The notes under the pieces were generated by a model that made no database searches, was not told where the DNA came from, and saw only the letters and a list, made by a program, of their open reading frames with translations. From the NCBI GenBank assembly GCA_963693365.1, contig CAVNZM010000012.1, forward strand, positions 4,578,409 to 4,642,408: a stretch of 64,000 nucleotides of DNA, read 5' to 3'. Position numbers and translations under genes: made by a program. Positions 14,030-27,955 of this stretch are shown one piece after another; the first letter of the stretch is position 1, and each line of letters starts with the position of its first letter. The DNA is from Amoebidium appalachense. Lineage: Eukaryota > Protista > Ichthyosporea.

Positions 14030-14068
14030 CACGGCCATCTAGAAAACTGGTGTTTCTAGATGGCCGTG
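14030..14068. mobile_element. 39-bp palindromic MITE: 16-bp TIRs and 8-bp TSD
   Basis: CACGGCCATCTAGAAA-actggtg-TTTCTAGATGGCCGTG, flanked by ATCTCTCC at 14022-14029 and 14069-14076. Confidence 0.88.
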
Positions 14069-14279
14069 ATCTCTCCTATTCTATTTTTAACCTAGCTACC
14101 ACAAAGTGATGACATCATCGTTCAAAAGTAAACAAAAATTTTGGCGCCCCCGCCGACACACCTCACCGCCACCGTCGCGGAGGAAACAGTCACGTAATTA
14201 AGCAAGATCTTCCCTGATTTCTAGTGGTTACCATACTATATTCTTTCCTCTTCGTCTTTTCAAGCATAAATTAGAGAAC

Positions 14280-16958
14280 ATGGCTGATCTCTTCCGCCTT
14301 TCGGCCGAGCTGCGTGGCCACGACCAAGATGTCCGTGGGGTGTGTGTGGGTGTGGGCGGTGGGGTGGTGACGGGGTCAAGAGACAGAACGGCAAGGTTGT
14401 GGGAGTCGGAGGGCCAGAATGCGTTTACGCAAACGGCGCTCTATGCCGGGGCAACTGATTTCGTCTCTGCTGTGGCTTTTGTGCCTCCTAGCGATGCATT
14501 TCCTGGTAGGTACTGCTTGAAAGGCAAAGGGATCTGTGGATTATTGCTTGGTTTTTTTCTGTGGCCTATCCCTTTCACACCCGTATTAGCTCTTGCTCCC
14601 ACTGTTCCTTTCTTTTCTTTTGGCGCATGAGTTTTTGCCCAGCAGTCATTTTTATTCGCTTTAATCAGGCTGTGATCTGAAGCTTAGCGTTAGTCGCACT
14701 TTTGGTTGTGTGGCATTCACTTTCACATCTACCGTCTGGCGCTTGCTTGCACGTCCGCCCGCCCACCCATACACCTAGCCCCAACATATATATTTGGACA
14801 ATTACATCTTCTCATGCCACCAGAAGCAACCGAAGCCAGAGATCATCCTTCTAACACATTTTTCAATGTTCAGAGGGTCTTGTGGCGACAGGAAGCAAAG
14901 ACAAACGCATCCGTGTGTATGCCGGCCGCTCAACCGAGCCACTCTTTGTTCTGGAAGGCCACACAGACAACGTCAGCTGCTTGGCGGTCGGACTTGACGG
15001 AACAGTGGTTTCTGGATCATGGGATCATACGGTGCGGGTGTGGAGGGGGCAGGAATGCGTTCATGTTCTCAAGGGCCACTCTCAGGCTGTGTGGGCGGTG
15101 CTCTCTCTGGGTGGGTCGAGGGTTGTGAGTGCTGGGGCAGACAAAACCATACGTATGTGGGACAATGGGGCATGCACGAAGACCATTCCAGGTCACCAGG
15201 ACGCTGTGAGAGGTGGGTGATGTGACATCCTTGTGGTTGTGATGGCTGATGAGAATTGTTGGTGTGTGACGGTATGTGTCAGTGTTTAATGGTGTTACAG
15301 GGGCAACGGGGGCCCGGGCCGGGGTCCCCAGGGGGGGGGAGGGGGGGGAGGGGGGGAGGGGAGGGGGAGGATTCCCTGGAACATCCCTTCTCTTGTGATT
15401 CCTATCTTGCTCTTTATCCTCGAATCGCTATTTTGGCGTCACTTTTTTCAGGAGTTCCACCCCCTACACAGAATCTCCTCTGTTGCAGTGTTGTGGAGGG
15501 GGTTGGCTGCCGGCCCATAGACAGGAAGGGGGAGAGGAAAGAGAGTGTGTGTGCTTGTGTGATGGTGGTGGTGGAGTGGGTTGGTGTCCCGGAAAGGGGG
15601 GGGGGGGGGGGGGGGGGAGGGCGGAGGGACTACTTACTTCAGGTTGCGCACTCTCCTTTTTGATTATGTGCGTGTATGTGCATGGTGGTGGTGTGTGTGT
15701 GGTGGTGGTGGATTGGGGGGGGGGGGGGGGGGGGTTAGATGTTTGTTTTGTTCATGGACTGGGGAAAGGCTGTTTGGCGTGACAGTGGCGTATAGTGTGC
15801 GGTAGGAGTGGGGTGGGGAGGGAGAGGGGTAGGGCAGATTTGTTGTTTGGAGAAGAGAAGGGGTTGTAGCCCCGGGGGGGGGGGGGGGGGGGGGGGGGGG
15901 GAAGAGAGCGACTGTGTGTGTGTGAGCCAGCTATAATTGCACGTTGAACCCAACTGATAGAGGAAGATTGTGATAACCAAACCATCATTGGTCCCCGTTT
16001 TGCGGGGGGGGGGGGGGGGGGGGAGGGGAGGGGGGGGGGGGGGATGGGAGGGGGAATGGTTTGACGTTGAAAAATCAACTAATCTATTCGTTCCTTTTTG
16101 CCCTTCTGTGTTTCAGGTTTGGCTGCTCTCCCCGGGGGCGGGTTCGTTTCGTGCGGAAACGACGCCGTTCTCCGTGTGTGGTCGAGCGACGGTTCTGCAC
16201 AGGGGGACTTGCACGGACATACGGCGTTCGTTTATGGGGTGTGCGTTGTTGAAGGGAGCGGTGGTGAATTTGCAAGTTGCGGGGAGGATAGGTGTTTGCG
16301 TATTTGGAGGAATGGCGAGTGTGTTCAGTCTATCGCTCACCCGGCTCCGTCTGTGTGGTGTGTTGCTGCGCTTCCGAACGGGGATTTGGTGACTGGATCG
16401 AGCGATGGCGTTGCAAGAGTGTTTACGAGGAGCAGTGAGAGAGCGGCGCCTGCGGAAGTGGTGGGTGTGTTTGTGGGTGGGTGGGTGGGTGGGGGGGGGG
16501 GGGGGGGGGGGAAGAGTGGGTGGGTGGGGTTTGGGGGGAGGGGGGGGGGGGGGGGGGGGGGGGGGGAGGGGAGGGGGGGATGGGGGAGTGAGTGGGTGGG
16601 GTTGGAGGGGAGGAGGGGGTAGGTGGGTGGTTGGGTGGGCTTGAGTGGGGGGGGTAGGGGGGGGGGGGTTGGTGATGCATTGAGGAATATATGGGGCGGA
16701 GATGGGTCCGTGTGGCGGGTTGATAGGGGAATTTGTGGTTATTGACAGGGTGAATGGGGAATGGGTTCCCTTCCCCCTCTCTTTTCATCTCTCTATTCTT
16801 CATTGTGTATGTGTTTGCTTGGGGGGAAGGGGAGGAGGGGTGGGGGGCTGTATCATTGAGTATGATGTTGTGAGGGCGCGCGGGGAGGGGGGGGGGGGGG
16901 GGGGAGGATTGGTCTGATGGGTTTAAGTGTTCTTATATGAGGTGGTGGGAGGTGAGTT

Positions 16959-16997
<39 letters not shown>

Positions 16998-17361
16998 TGG
17001 GGGGAAGGGGGGGGGGGGGGGGTTGAAACGAAAGCAAGAGAGTAGCAGGGTTTTTTTGTTTGTTTGTTTGTTTTGAGGGGGGGGGGGGGGGGGGGATTAT
17101 GGTGTTAAGGGAGATTTTGTGGGGGTGTTATGTGGAGGTGGGGTAGGAGAGGGGAGGAATGAGAGAGAGAGAGAGAGACAGGAGGGGTGGGGAGGGTGGA
17201 GGAAATAGAGAAAGATGGGCAAGGAGAGTGAAGGAGTAATTGGCATATCTTTTGGTGTTCATTTTACCATTGCTTCCTTCATCAGGTATGGAATATCGTG
17301 GTTGCAATCTGCCCCCGCACCGGGGTGGGAGAAGGGGGGGGGGGGGGGGGAAGGGATGGAT

Positions 17362-17395
<34 letters not shown>

Positions 17396-17812
17396 TTGTA
17401 GCTGTTGTCTGTGTGGGGGGAAGGAGGGGGAGAAGGTAGAGTGGTGATAATGATGGCCGAATGTCTGTGTGCAGGGGAAGTGGATGAGGTTTTTTTTTTT
17501 TTTTTTGTTTTTGTTTTTGTTTTTCTTCCGCTCTGGGGAGGGGGAAGGGGGGGGGGGGGGGGGGGGGGGGGGCTTGGCGTGATAAACAAAGATCTTTTTC
17601 CGTCAGCAAATACTTTTCCTCCTCCGTTTACCCAATCTTCTTCTTCTATCCTTTTTTCTCTTTCTTTTGTTTCCTTTCCTTCTCTTCACTTTCTCTTTGT
17701 TTTCTTTCCTTCTTTTGTCTTTCCTTTGTCGCTTCATATGTTCTTTTTTCTCCTTCTTTTTATTCCTTTCCTTTTCCCTTTTGGCACCTTTTGGAGAATT
17801 TCTTTTCTTTTC

Positions 17813-17850
<38 letters not shown>

Positions 17851-17934
17851 TTGGTTTTTATTTTTATTTTTTTGTCCTGTCGGGTTTTGTCTTTTGGTTG
17901 TCTCCTCCATATTTCCAACCCTCTATTGCATACA

Positions 17935-17966
<32 letters not shown>

Positions 17967-18045
17967 TTTTTTTTTTCTAGTGCATCTGCTCTAACACCTC
18001 CTCCCGCTTCTCCCCTCCCTCTCCCCCACCCCAACCCCTCGAACC

Positions 18046-18076
<31 letters not shown>

Positions 18077-18323
18077 AAAAAAAAAAAAAAACCTTCCCCC
18101 AGCTTGAGCGGTATGATCTGGAAGTGAAAGCTCAGACCATCCCCAGCAACCAACTGGGGGACATCAACAAGGAGGACATACCCGGCCCGGAGGCCTTGGC
18201 CCGACCCGGAAACCGTGAGGGCCAGACTAAGCTTGTTCGGCAGCCGAACGGGAAGATTGAGTGTTATCAGTGGTCGGCTGGTCAGTGGATATGCATGGGG
18301 GAGGTGGGTGCTGGACAGTCACC

Positions 18324-18400
<77 letters not shown>

Positions 18401-18547
18401 CTGTCTCTCTTCTCTCTCTCTCTCTTTGTCTCTCTCCCCATCTTTACCTTTCTCTCTCTCTTTCTCTGTGCCTCTCTCTCTCTCTGTCTTCCTGTCTCGC
18501 TGTCTCCCCCTTCGTGTATGCTTACTTCGTACCGTGTTCCGCATTCA

Positions 18548-18579
<32 letters not shown>

Positions 18580-19332
18580 ATTCCCCCTTCCTGCCCTCGC
18601 CCCCTCCCTCCCCTTCTTCCCCCAACCCGACCTCTCCCTGTCCCTTTAGCTCTCCCTCCCTCCATTACCCCGCTTTACCCTCCCTCCCTCCCCCTTCCCC
18701 TCCCTCCCTCCCCCCTTCCCCTCCCCTCCCCCCCCCCCCACACACACACACACGCACACACACACACGCACACACACACATGCACACGCACACACTCATA
18801 CTTCATCTTTTTTCCCCTTTCTTTTCTCCGCATAGTCTTTATTCGTGCAATCTGTGTTGTGTTTCAATAATGACTGTATTCCTCATACTCTGCAACACAC
18901 GCTAACCACCCCCCTCCCCCCTCCCCCCTATTCCTCGCTCTCTGTGCCCCTCTCCCTCTCCCCCTCCCTCCCTCCTTCCTCCTCTCCCCGCCTCTCTCCC
19001 CCTCTCTCTCCTTTTTCCTTTTTTTTCTTTCTTTTTTTCTTTTTTCTTCTCAGGTGCTTGATGCTGTTGGGTCATCCCAGAAACAGCTGTACCAGGGCAA
19101 GGAATACGACTATGTCTTTGATATCGATATTGGTGCCGGCCAGAATCTGAAGCTGCCGTTCAACGTCACAGGTACGTTAACTATATTTGTTATTATGTTA
19201 GCTGGGATCGAAAATAAAGTGTGATTGGATTGTCCATATTGGGAAGGTGTAAAGGCCCGGTAATAAATTGCTACACTTCTACGTGGGAGGTGCAAGCAAG
19301 TGAAAAAAGTTGTTTCATTTTTTTCTTTTTTC

Positions 19333-19364
<32 letters not shown>

Positions 19365-19546
19365 AGTTTTTTTTTTTTTTTTCGTTTTTTTTTTTGGGGG
19401 GGGGGGGGGTTCTGTCTAAGATTGTGTGGTGGTGTTGAGTTGTTGTATGATTGTTGACTCTAAGGAATTGTGAAGAGATGATCTTCTCTTGGTGACTACC
19501 TCCCCCTCTCCCCCCCCCCCCCCCCCCCCTCCAAACACATACACAC

Positions 19547-19593
<47 letters not shown>

Positions 19594-22312
19594 ACCACAC
19601 ACAAAAAGAGGGGTTGAGGGGGAAGGGGGGATCTGAGAAAACTCGGCGTAGATGAACTCCAATAGATCAGTCATTGCATCGCATGAAGCATCCTTACCCA
19701 CACATCGTCTGTCTCGCTTTCTCTCTCTGTTTGTCTCCCCCCCCCCCCCCCCCCCCCCCCCCCTCCTCCCTCCTCCCCCCCGCCCCACTCTCTCTACCGC
19801 CACCCTTCGTCTGCCCTTCCCCTCTACGCACCCAGGGACAAAAATAGTCACATTCCTTTCCCCCCCCCCCCCCCCCCCCTCCCTCCCCCGGACCCCCCCT
19901 TCTGGGACACACACACGCTCGCACACACATGCACACATAGCTCCTCTCCCTCCACCCCGTCTCGCCTCCGCTGCCCTCCTTCACACACTTACTGACACAC
20001 ACACACACACCCACACACACACACACACACACATACCCTCCTCCCCCCCCCCCCCCCCTCCCCTCCCCCCCCCCCCCCCCCCCTTCAACCACCACCCCCT
20101 TTTATTCCCGCCCACAGAGAACCCCTACATGGCCGCACACAATTTCCTCGAGCGCCACGAGATCTCCCAAGACCACCTAGAGCAGGTGGCGCAGTTCATC
20201 ATCAAGAACACGCAGGGCCACACACTGGGCCAGCAGGGTGGCACGGGATACGTCGACCCGTTTACTGGTGCGTAAATTGAAGTGTTTGTGGGTGTTTTGT
20301 TTGTTCGTGTTTGTTTGTTGTTTGTTTACGAGTAAACCTGATATTTTGGCTGCTTTTACTCTCTTGGTCTCTTTCTCTTGGGTTGTTATGCCCCCCCCCC
20401 CTCCCTCCCCCCCCCAACACACACACACCAAAAAGAAAAAAACAAAAAAAAAGGGGGGAGGGGGGGGGGGGGGGTGAGTCCTCCTCTTGAGTATGCCTGC
20501 CTGTGTGCTGGCATGTGCCTATCTGTCTATCTGTATGAGTTGAAAGGGGAAAGATGGTGGGGCTGGTGGTGAGAGGGGGGAGGGGGGAGGGGGGCGCTGC
20601 TCATTTATGGAGTTTTCGGAGTAGGAAGGGTTATGGTTGACGTGTATCGGCGGAGAGAGAATCTCAGGGGAGCATAACGAGGAAGGGGGGGAGGGGGGGG
20701 GGGGGGGGGGGGGGAGTGGCGCTATAACATGCACGGAGACGCACGGGTGAACTAATTAGACGCAGCATGAAACAGTCCAATCCGCGAACCACACCAACCC
20801 ATTCTTTTTTTTTTTTTTTTTTTTTTTTTGTAGGGGGTGGTGCATACACAACCTTTGGGGAGGCCACACAGCCAGGCAGGGGTGGGGGTTTTGCCTCGGG
20901 GGGTGCAGCCGACCCCTTTACCGGGTCGGGTGCATACACATCCGGGTCGGGGGGTGTCGGGTCGGCCCCAGCTGGCCCGAGACCGTTTGTTGACCCGTTT
21001 ACGGGCTCGGGCGCCTACGTGTCTGGTGACTTTGAGCAGGTGTGAGAAAATAGCCAGCCAGCTGCCCCCCCTTCCCCCCCCCCCCCCCCCCCCCCCCCCT
21101 GCACGCTTTTTCCCGATCACTGCCCCCCTCCCCCCCCCCATGCTGTACGAAGAGCTGGGTGGTTGGACAATTGGGTTTGAGCTATGGGCTGTGAGTTTGC
21201 AGTAAAGGATATGCACATACACACACACGTACATAAATCTGCACACACAAACACACAGCAACAACAGCGAACATGCATCTGCTTTATGGTGTACACATAC
21301 ATCTGCCAAAACGAATGAAGGAGCCTCCCAGACATGGACATGTGCATTCAAGAAGGTTGTGTCGTCTCTGTCTTCAGGGAGAAACTGATGAAGGAAGAAG
21401 AGAAAAATGTTTATGCGCACGGCTCTGACTTCAGAGGAAAATTTAGTGGGTAAAAGAATGAGAACTGCGCATGACATGACAGAGATGAAATAACCTTTTT
21501 CTCTTTTTTCAACCATATTCCTAACCTTTCAGCTTGCTTTATGAATATCGTATTCTTTGATATTCCTACTTTTTTGGTTGTTTTATAAATATCGTATTCG
21601 TTGATTAATTACTTTGTTTGTTTATGTACTTGTTTATTAATTTACTTATTTACTAACTTATATATTCATTTAATTATTTGTTCTTTGCAGCAAAGAGCAG
21701 CAGCAGCATCCTCAGGCAGCCGTGCCCCCCAGGCACCCGCACCCACAGGCAATACAGGTTCCAGCCAGTACTACCCTGTCAACACCTATCTGACTTTTGA
21801 CACATCAAATGTGCCCGGTTTGGTAAAGAAGCTTAAAGAATTCAACGATGGTGTTCCTGATGATGTCAAGGTATGTGTGCGCACAGCGAAGTATGGATCT
21901 AATCTTTTAGCATGGGAGCATGCGCATATATGAATGTTTGACTCAAATATACATTGTAATATACACATTCACTGCACTGACAGGCAGCAACACACACACT
22001 ACACAAGGTGCGCATCCACGGACTCGCCACGGTAGACAAACACGTACGCATAACACGCATAAAAGCGTACACATACACATTTTCTTTCCATCTCTCTCTC
22101 TTCTCTCTCCTGATGACGTCAAGGTATGTGTGCCCAACCATCAGTACATGTGTCCATTTTTCCATTTTTAGTGTGTGCACACGCACGCACCCTGCATGCA
22201 GACACGCGCACGCACACACTGCACATGCACACGCACTTGGCACACACATGCAGTCACGTACAACACTTCCCATATGCACATCCACGCACCACGCACACTA
22301 TAGTCAAAACAC

Positions 22313-22370
<58 letters not shown>

Positions 22371-22765
22371 CCCCTCTCTCAATTTCATCTCCCCCCCCCC
22401 CCCCCCCCCCCCCCCCCCCACCACCACCACCACCACCACCACCACCATCACCCACCAACCCCCCACTCCCGCGCCCACCCCACCCCTCCCCCCCGTCTCC
22501 CTCTCCATCCCTACAATCTCTATTCCTCTATCTTTCTTTCTCTCTTATCACTCTCTCTTCATCTCCTACTCCCCTTTCTCTCCACACCCCACTAATCCCC
22601 TCCTAAAGCCCCCTTCTCTCTTTCACCCCCATTTTTCCTTTCTCTTACACACACACACATCTGCCCATGGTTTGATTTCGGGCTTGTCATTTTTGTGACC
22701 TTTTGTAGTTTGTCCTTTGATGTCTGGTCTCCTCCCTATTTCCAACCATTTGATGCTTACATCCC

Positions 22766-22800
<35 letters not shown>

Positions 22801-22882
22801 CCCTCCCCCCCCCAACACACCCACACACCCACACACCCACACACCCACACACACACGCGCGCGCGCGCACACACACACACAC

Positions 22883-22925
<43 letters not shown>

Positions 22926-23411
22926 ACACACACCCTTACCCTTTAACCCACTGCAGGCCAGCAACAGTGAACTTGACGAGGTAGCCGTGATGGCCGTATC
23001 CTTCAAAGACAGCCACCTGACCACACTGTCCAAGCTGCTCGCATGGCCCAGTGACAGACTTTTTCCTGCCTTGGACGTACTGAGACTGGTGGTCCTGCAG
23101 AGGGATGGCGCTAGGGCCCTGGCTGCTTGTGAGCACATTCCCCCCCCCTCCCCCCCCCCCCCCCCCCCAACAGTATCTGAGTTGGGTTTCGTTAACGAGG
23201 GGAATAGGTCGAAACTCGGGTACTGTGGATGACGTGGGCCCCCCCTGAGGATGGGCTCTGCTTATTATGCATACTCTTTATGTATGGCTTGCATTCTGCA
23301 TCGTGTTATCCGTTTGTTCTTGTGTACTTCGTACTTTTTGACGCATTCAAACCCCCCCCCCCCCCCCCCCTTTCCCCCTGCCTCTCTCCCTCCCCCCTCC
23401 CCCCTCCCCCC

Positions 23412-23492
<81 letters not shown>

Positions 23493-23507
23493 CACACACA
23501 CACATGC

Positions 23508-23557
<50 letters not shown>

Positions 23558-25597
23558 GCAACAGACACACACACACACACGCACACAACCCCCCCCCCCC
23601 CCCCCCCCCCCGTTCGGCCGTTTAGAAACATGCCCGCACGTGCACGCAGTAACAGATATACACAAAGACGATCACATAGACAAGACACGCACAAACACAA
23701 CCAATCAACCCCTTAAACACATTCGCCATGCACATAACCCCGCCAAACATACCCACACACACTTCGAGGGCAGCCATCCGAGCCCCGTTCTCATATCAAT
23801 CACTTGCCAATGTTCTTTTCTTTTCGCTACGGCCGTCATGGTTGGTGGTGCCATCACAGCAACAGATCGTCCTCTTCTCCCATCATTCCAACCAATACTG
23901 ACCCTTCCCCATCCTCCCCCCCCCCCCCCCCCACCCCCCCCCCCCCCCGGCCGCTGGGGGTGCTGTCCCCCTCCGTCATGTTTTACAAGACAACATGCAC
24001 TCCCCTCCCCCCCTCCCCTCCCCCTCCTCCCCCCCCTCCCTCCCCTCTCCCACCACCACCACCACCACCACCGCTGCCGCCACCACCTTCAGAACACACA
24101 CACACACACGCTCACTCACTCAAATACGCACGCACACACTCACACGTATACGTACACACGAACACACACACGTACACACACACACACGTGCACCCACAGT
24201 CGAACCCCAGCTCAACCTCATCTCCAAGCTTCTCGACATCACAAACAACAAAAGCAACCCCGCCGCCGACCTCTTCCTCTCCACCCGTTTTTTCGCAAAC
24301 GCTTTTGTCCACGCCGAAACGCGCAACGTCGTGACAAAACGCGCCAACGACATTCTTACATCCGTCACGGGATTGGTCGAAAACGCCAACAGGAATATAC
24401 CTCTTGCATCCGTGACGGTTATGTTGAATTTCTCGGTGGTTCTGAGGGGTAGGGGCGCCGATCCCGAGGCCCGGCTTCAGTTGCTGTCGGGGCTGGCCAA
24501 CGTTTTGGGCACACAGGCAGACCCAGAGGTGTGTGTGTGTGTTTTCTGTTGTCCCCCACCCTATGCATGTATGTATGTACCTGCACGTGTGCGCATACAC
24601 GCACAGGGAAAGATTAATAGAGGCTGTGTGGGTGTGGGTGTGGGTGTGTCTGTGTGTGTGTGGGTGTGTCTGTGTGTGTGTGTGGGTGTGTCTGTGTGTG
24701 TGTGTGTGTGTGTGTCTGTGTGTCTGTGTGTCTGTGTGTGTGTGTGTGTGCGCGCGCGCGTGTGCGGTACAATAGCACGTTCCTGTGTGCGCCCCCCCCG
24801 ACCGCTTTACTTCCATGCAACCGGGCATGGTTGCTCTGTGTCGTGCATCTGTAAGCACATACGCATTTTTCGCTGCACTGCATTAGTTTGCACACACATC
24901 TTCACCGTTTTGCTCACCTTGCTTGCATAAGCAACCCTGCTTGTCTTTGATCAAGACGGGTTGACCCTCCCAAGTTCAGTTGATGCTGCTGTCTGAGTTG
25001 GAGAGTCGTATATACGCGGGCTAAGGGGTCGAAACTCAGACGCAATTGATGACTTGGGCCCTCCCTGAGGATGGGCTCTGCTTATGACGCATACTGTGCG
25101 CATGGATGATGTTGCATACTTGAATGCTTGCCTTTGCATGTGTCCTGCACCATGCTTCTCATCGTGTATGCGTACTTCGTACCGTGTTCCGCATTCAAAA
25201 CCCCTCCCCCCCTCCCCCCGTTCCCTCTCCATCTCCACCCTACATACAATCCCACGCACACACAACTACCCCCCCCCCCCCCCCCCCCCCCTCTCCTCCC
25301 TCCCTACGTTCATCGCTTCCTTCCTCCTCCGGGATAATGTGTTTTGTTGATTGGTTGCTTACGTTCCACTTCCAGCCCATTTCTATTGGGGTTGTGATTA
25401 CAAAGTTCCCCCTCACTGCCCTCGCATGACCCTCCCTCCTCCCTTAAATGATTTAAGCTCCCCCCCCCCCCCCCCCCCCCCCCCCCCATCATGATCACCA
25501 CCACACAGCCCCACCCCCCCCCCCCCCCCCTCTCCCCCCTCCCCCTCCTCCCCACCCACCCACCCACTTTTCTACTGTGTCACATGCGCGCGCGCGT

Positions 25598-25633
<36 letters not shown>

Positions 25634-25861
25634 TCTTTCTCCGTCCCTGATGTCCGGATTTTCACACACCCCTCACGCGTACGTCTGCACGTACAGGTGA
25701 TCTTCCGAGCGCTTGTAGGCCTTGGAAACCTCGTAACCGGTGACGAGGAATCGCTGGCCAACGCCAGGGTGCTTGAGGTTAAACCCCTGGTTATGACCCA
25801 CGCCGCAAGTACCACACAGAAAGTGAAGGAATGTGCCACGGCTCTAGGTAGAATGTTGTAG
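14280..25861 (+). CDS. PLAA: Phospholipase A2-activating protein / Doa1 / Ufd3 (WD40-PFU-PUL), ~809 aa. Exons 14280-14505, 14874-15212, 16117-16460, 18103-18303, 19054-19171, 20118-20267, 20834-21039, 21691-21870, 22957-23128, 24200-24528, 25697-25861
   Basis: [17 protein letters not shown] and WD repeats. PFU motifs [29 protein letters not shown] and DPFTG. PUL motif [15 protein letters not shown]. All introns are GT-AG and the phases are consistent (2430 nt). Confidence 0.95.
17870..17935 (+). repeat. Intronic dispersed repeat family B (…gtctcctccatatttccaacc…catacat + poly-C); other copies ~22690-22765 and ~59215-59290
   Basis: Three recognisably similar copies, each ending just before a C-tract. 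Confidence 0.65.
23172..23351 (+). mobile_element. Poly(C)-flanked repeat family A, diverged truncated copy
   Basis: Shares tctgagttgg, gtcgaaactc, cctgaggatgggctctgctta and the gcattcaaa end with 24803-25200. C-tracts on both sides. Confidence 0.8.
24803..25200 (+). mobile_element. Poly(C)-flanked repeat family A, ~400-bp copy (probable retroelement 3' end)
   Basis: Near-identical reverse-complement copy at 31883-32279. Ends gcattcaaa followed by a C-tract. Confidence 0.85.
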
Positions 25862-27575
25862 GGTTAAAAAATTTGGTGTGTCGGTGGGGTTGGTTCTAGG
25901 TGAGGTAGGTGAGGTTTGTGTATAATAGATACAAGTATTAAAATTGGATGTCCCCCACCGCGGGGTGGAGGGAGGGAAAGGGGGGGGGGGGGGGGGGGGG
26001 GGGGGTTGTGTAGTTCTATGTTCTAATATAGATGTATTGGCGGTTTCTATTTGAGTCGGTGGTGGTTTGTATATGCCTTGGTATTGGTTAGGGTTTTATG
26101 TCGGCATTTTGCGATGTGACGTAAATATTGTGTCACTAATTAACTGTTTTAGAATATGTCATATTGATGTCGGTGTGTTTGATTGGCTTTGCCGATATAT
26201 ACATTGGTACGGGTTCCCCTTTGTTGAAATTGTGATTGCCGTGTAAAAGGAGCTATATGGGGCAATGCGGACACTACAGACGTTAATTGTTTGTGAGTGT
26301 GGGCTTGGGTTGGAGTTCACGGCTGTAGTAAAAAATGTCTCGGTGTTGTATATAATATAACTCTGGTGTTGGTGTGTTTGCACTTGTCAATGATCGCACA
26401 CACGTGCAAGCATTCGTATGAACGACATGTTCACTTACACGTACACATACACGCGCACACTCGCACACACATGTCCGTTATCGTTTTTTCTTTTTTTTTT
26501 TCTTTTTTTTTTCTTCCTCGTTTTTTTTTTTTTTTTTTTTTTTTTTTTTCCCTACCTTACAAACATGCAACGACACGTGTATCATTGACAGCTATGTACA
26601 ATAACCCCCTCCGGCAGGGGCAGATCGTTTTTTTTCTTTTTGTGCGTGAGATGCAAGTCAAACAGGACTTCACTAACACCAGAAATCACTTCTAGATCTG
26701 TGGATTCGCATCCACCTATACTCTCAGCAGCCTCCCCCCCCCCCCCCCCCCCCCCCCCCTCCCCCTGGGTTCCTGCGACTGCACGCCTGTTCATGTACAG
26801 TTTGTGACTGAGCACTCTTATTAATAAGCTCCGTTCGACCCTGTGAGCCACTGTTACTAACACATGATTTGAGGTACCGTTGAGCCGTTGGTGCAGCGCG
26901 AGGTGATATAAACCATTTTGATTGTTAGGCCCAATTAATATTCGAAGGGAGTCCGGTTATTCAATTTGAAGTGTTTTAGTCATGGCCATGGTGGTTTGGG
27001 TACGTGGGGGTTGTTTGTGGAAGTAGGCCTAGGGTCCGAGACAGTGCGGTTACACTTGCAGTTCTCTCTAATTGTTTGGACGTAGGTTTACATTTCCCTT
27101 GTCAATGATCCATCGGCACTATTTCACCAAAAAGACCGCAGTGTAAAAAAAAGGAGTTGATGTAGCACGACGAAAGAGAAAAAGGATTGCAAAAGGTTGG
27201 CGCGGTTGTGCACACGTGGAGGGAGGGGGTGTGAGGGGGGGGGGGGGGGGGGGGGGGGGGGAGGTTGAGCTGGCCTGCGTCACGTGCACATGGTGACTAT
27301 AATTGACGATGCTTCCTGAATGTATGTATCCATGACAATGGCAAATGCATGATGTTGACTGATTCCGGACCTCTCTTACAGCTTTAAAATTGCCGCTTTT
27401 GGACAGAAGCCTTGCAGTTGTACTAGAATCAAATAATCACTGTACAAATGGTTGCTACGTATGTGTGCGCATGCAGCTGGTAACACCGTGCCTGCACTGG
27501 CGGCGAGGTTAGCAGTGTTCGTGTTTGATTGTGTGTGTGTGTGTGTGTGTGGTGGTGGTGGTGTGGGGAGGGGGG

Positions 27576-27613
<38 letters not shown>

Positions 27614-27916
27614 GGCTATGTGCATGGGTGAAGTGTGGGTTTGAGTATGTGTACGTATTTTCTTTTTTGTTTGTTTTTTTGGGTGGTGGTGTGTGTGTAT
27701 GTGGGGAGGGGTGGGGGTGGTGAGGGGACGGGGGAAAGGGGGGAGAGGAGAAGGGGGAGGAGTTGGCGGTGGAAGCTGAGTGGTGTGTGGGGTTGAAATA
27801 TGGACTGCTCACATTTTTGTTCAGCATCAAAGCTGCACACTTCTTCATTACATCCACTGGCTCTGGTTGTCTTGACTACTACATACGGTCATATTGACGT
27901 AGTGATTACCTAACTA

Positions 27917-27955
<39 letters not shown>

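Noticed and set aside
20250-21039. Three DPFTG(G/S)GAY repeats in PLAA
   Set aside because: Repeated DPFTG motifs in the PFU-PUL linker are ordinary variation in this family.
25028-25090. Hammerhead ribozyme, SECIS or C/D snoRNA in repeat family A (GAAAC, TGATGA, CTGAGGA)
   Set aside because: No stem II/GAAA after CTGAGGA, no closing GA quartet or AA loop for a SECIS, and the C-D spacing is too short for a snoRNA.
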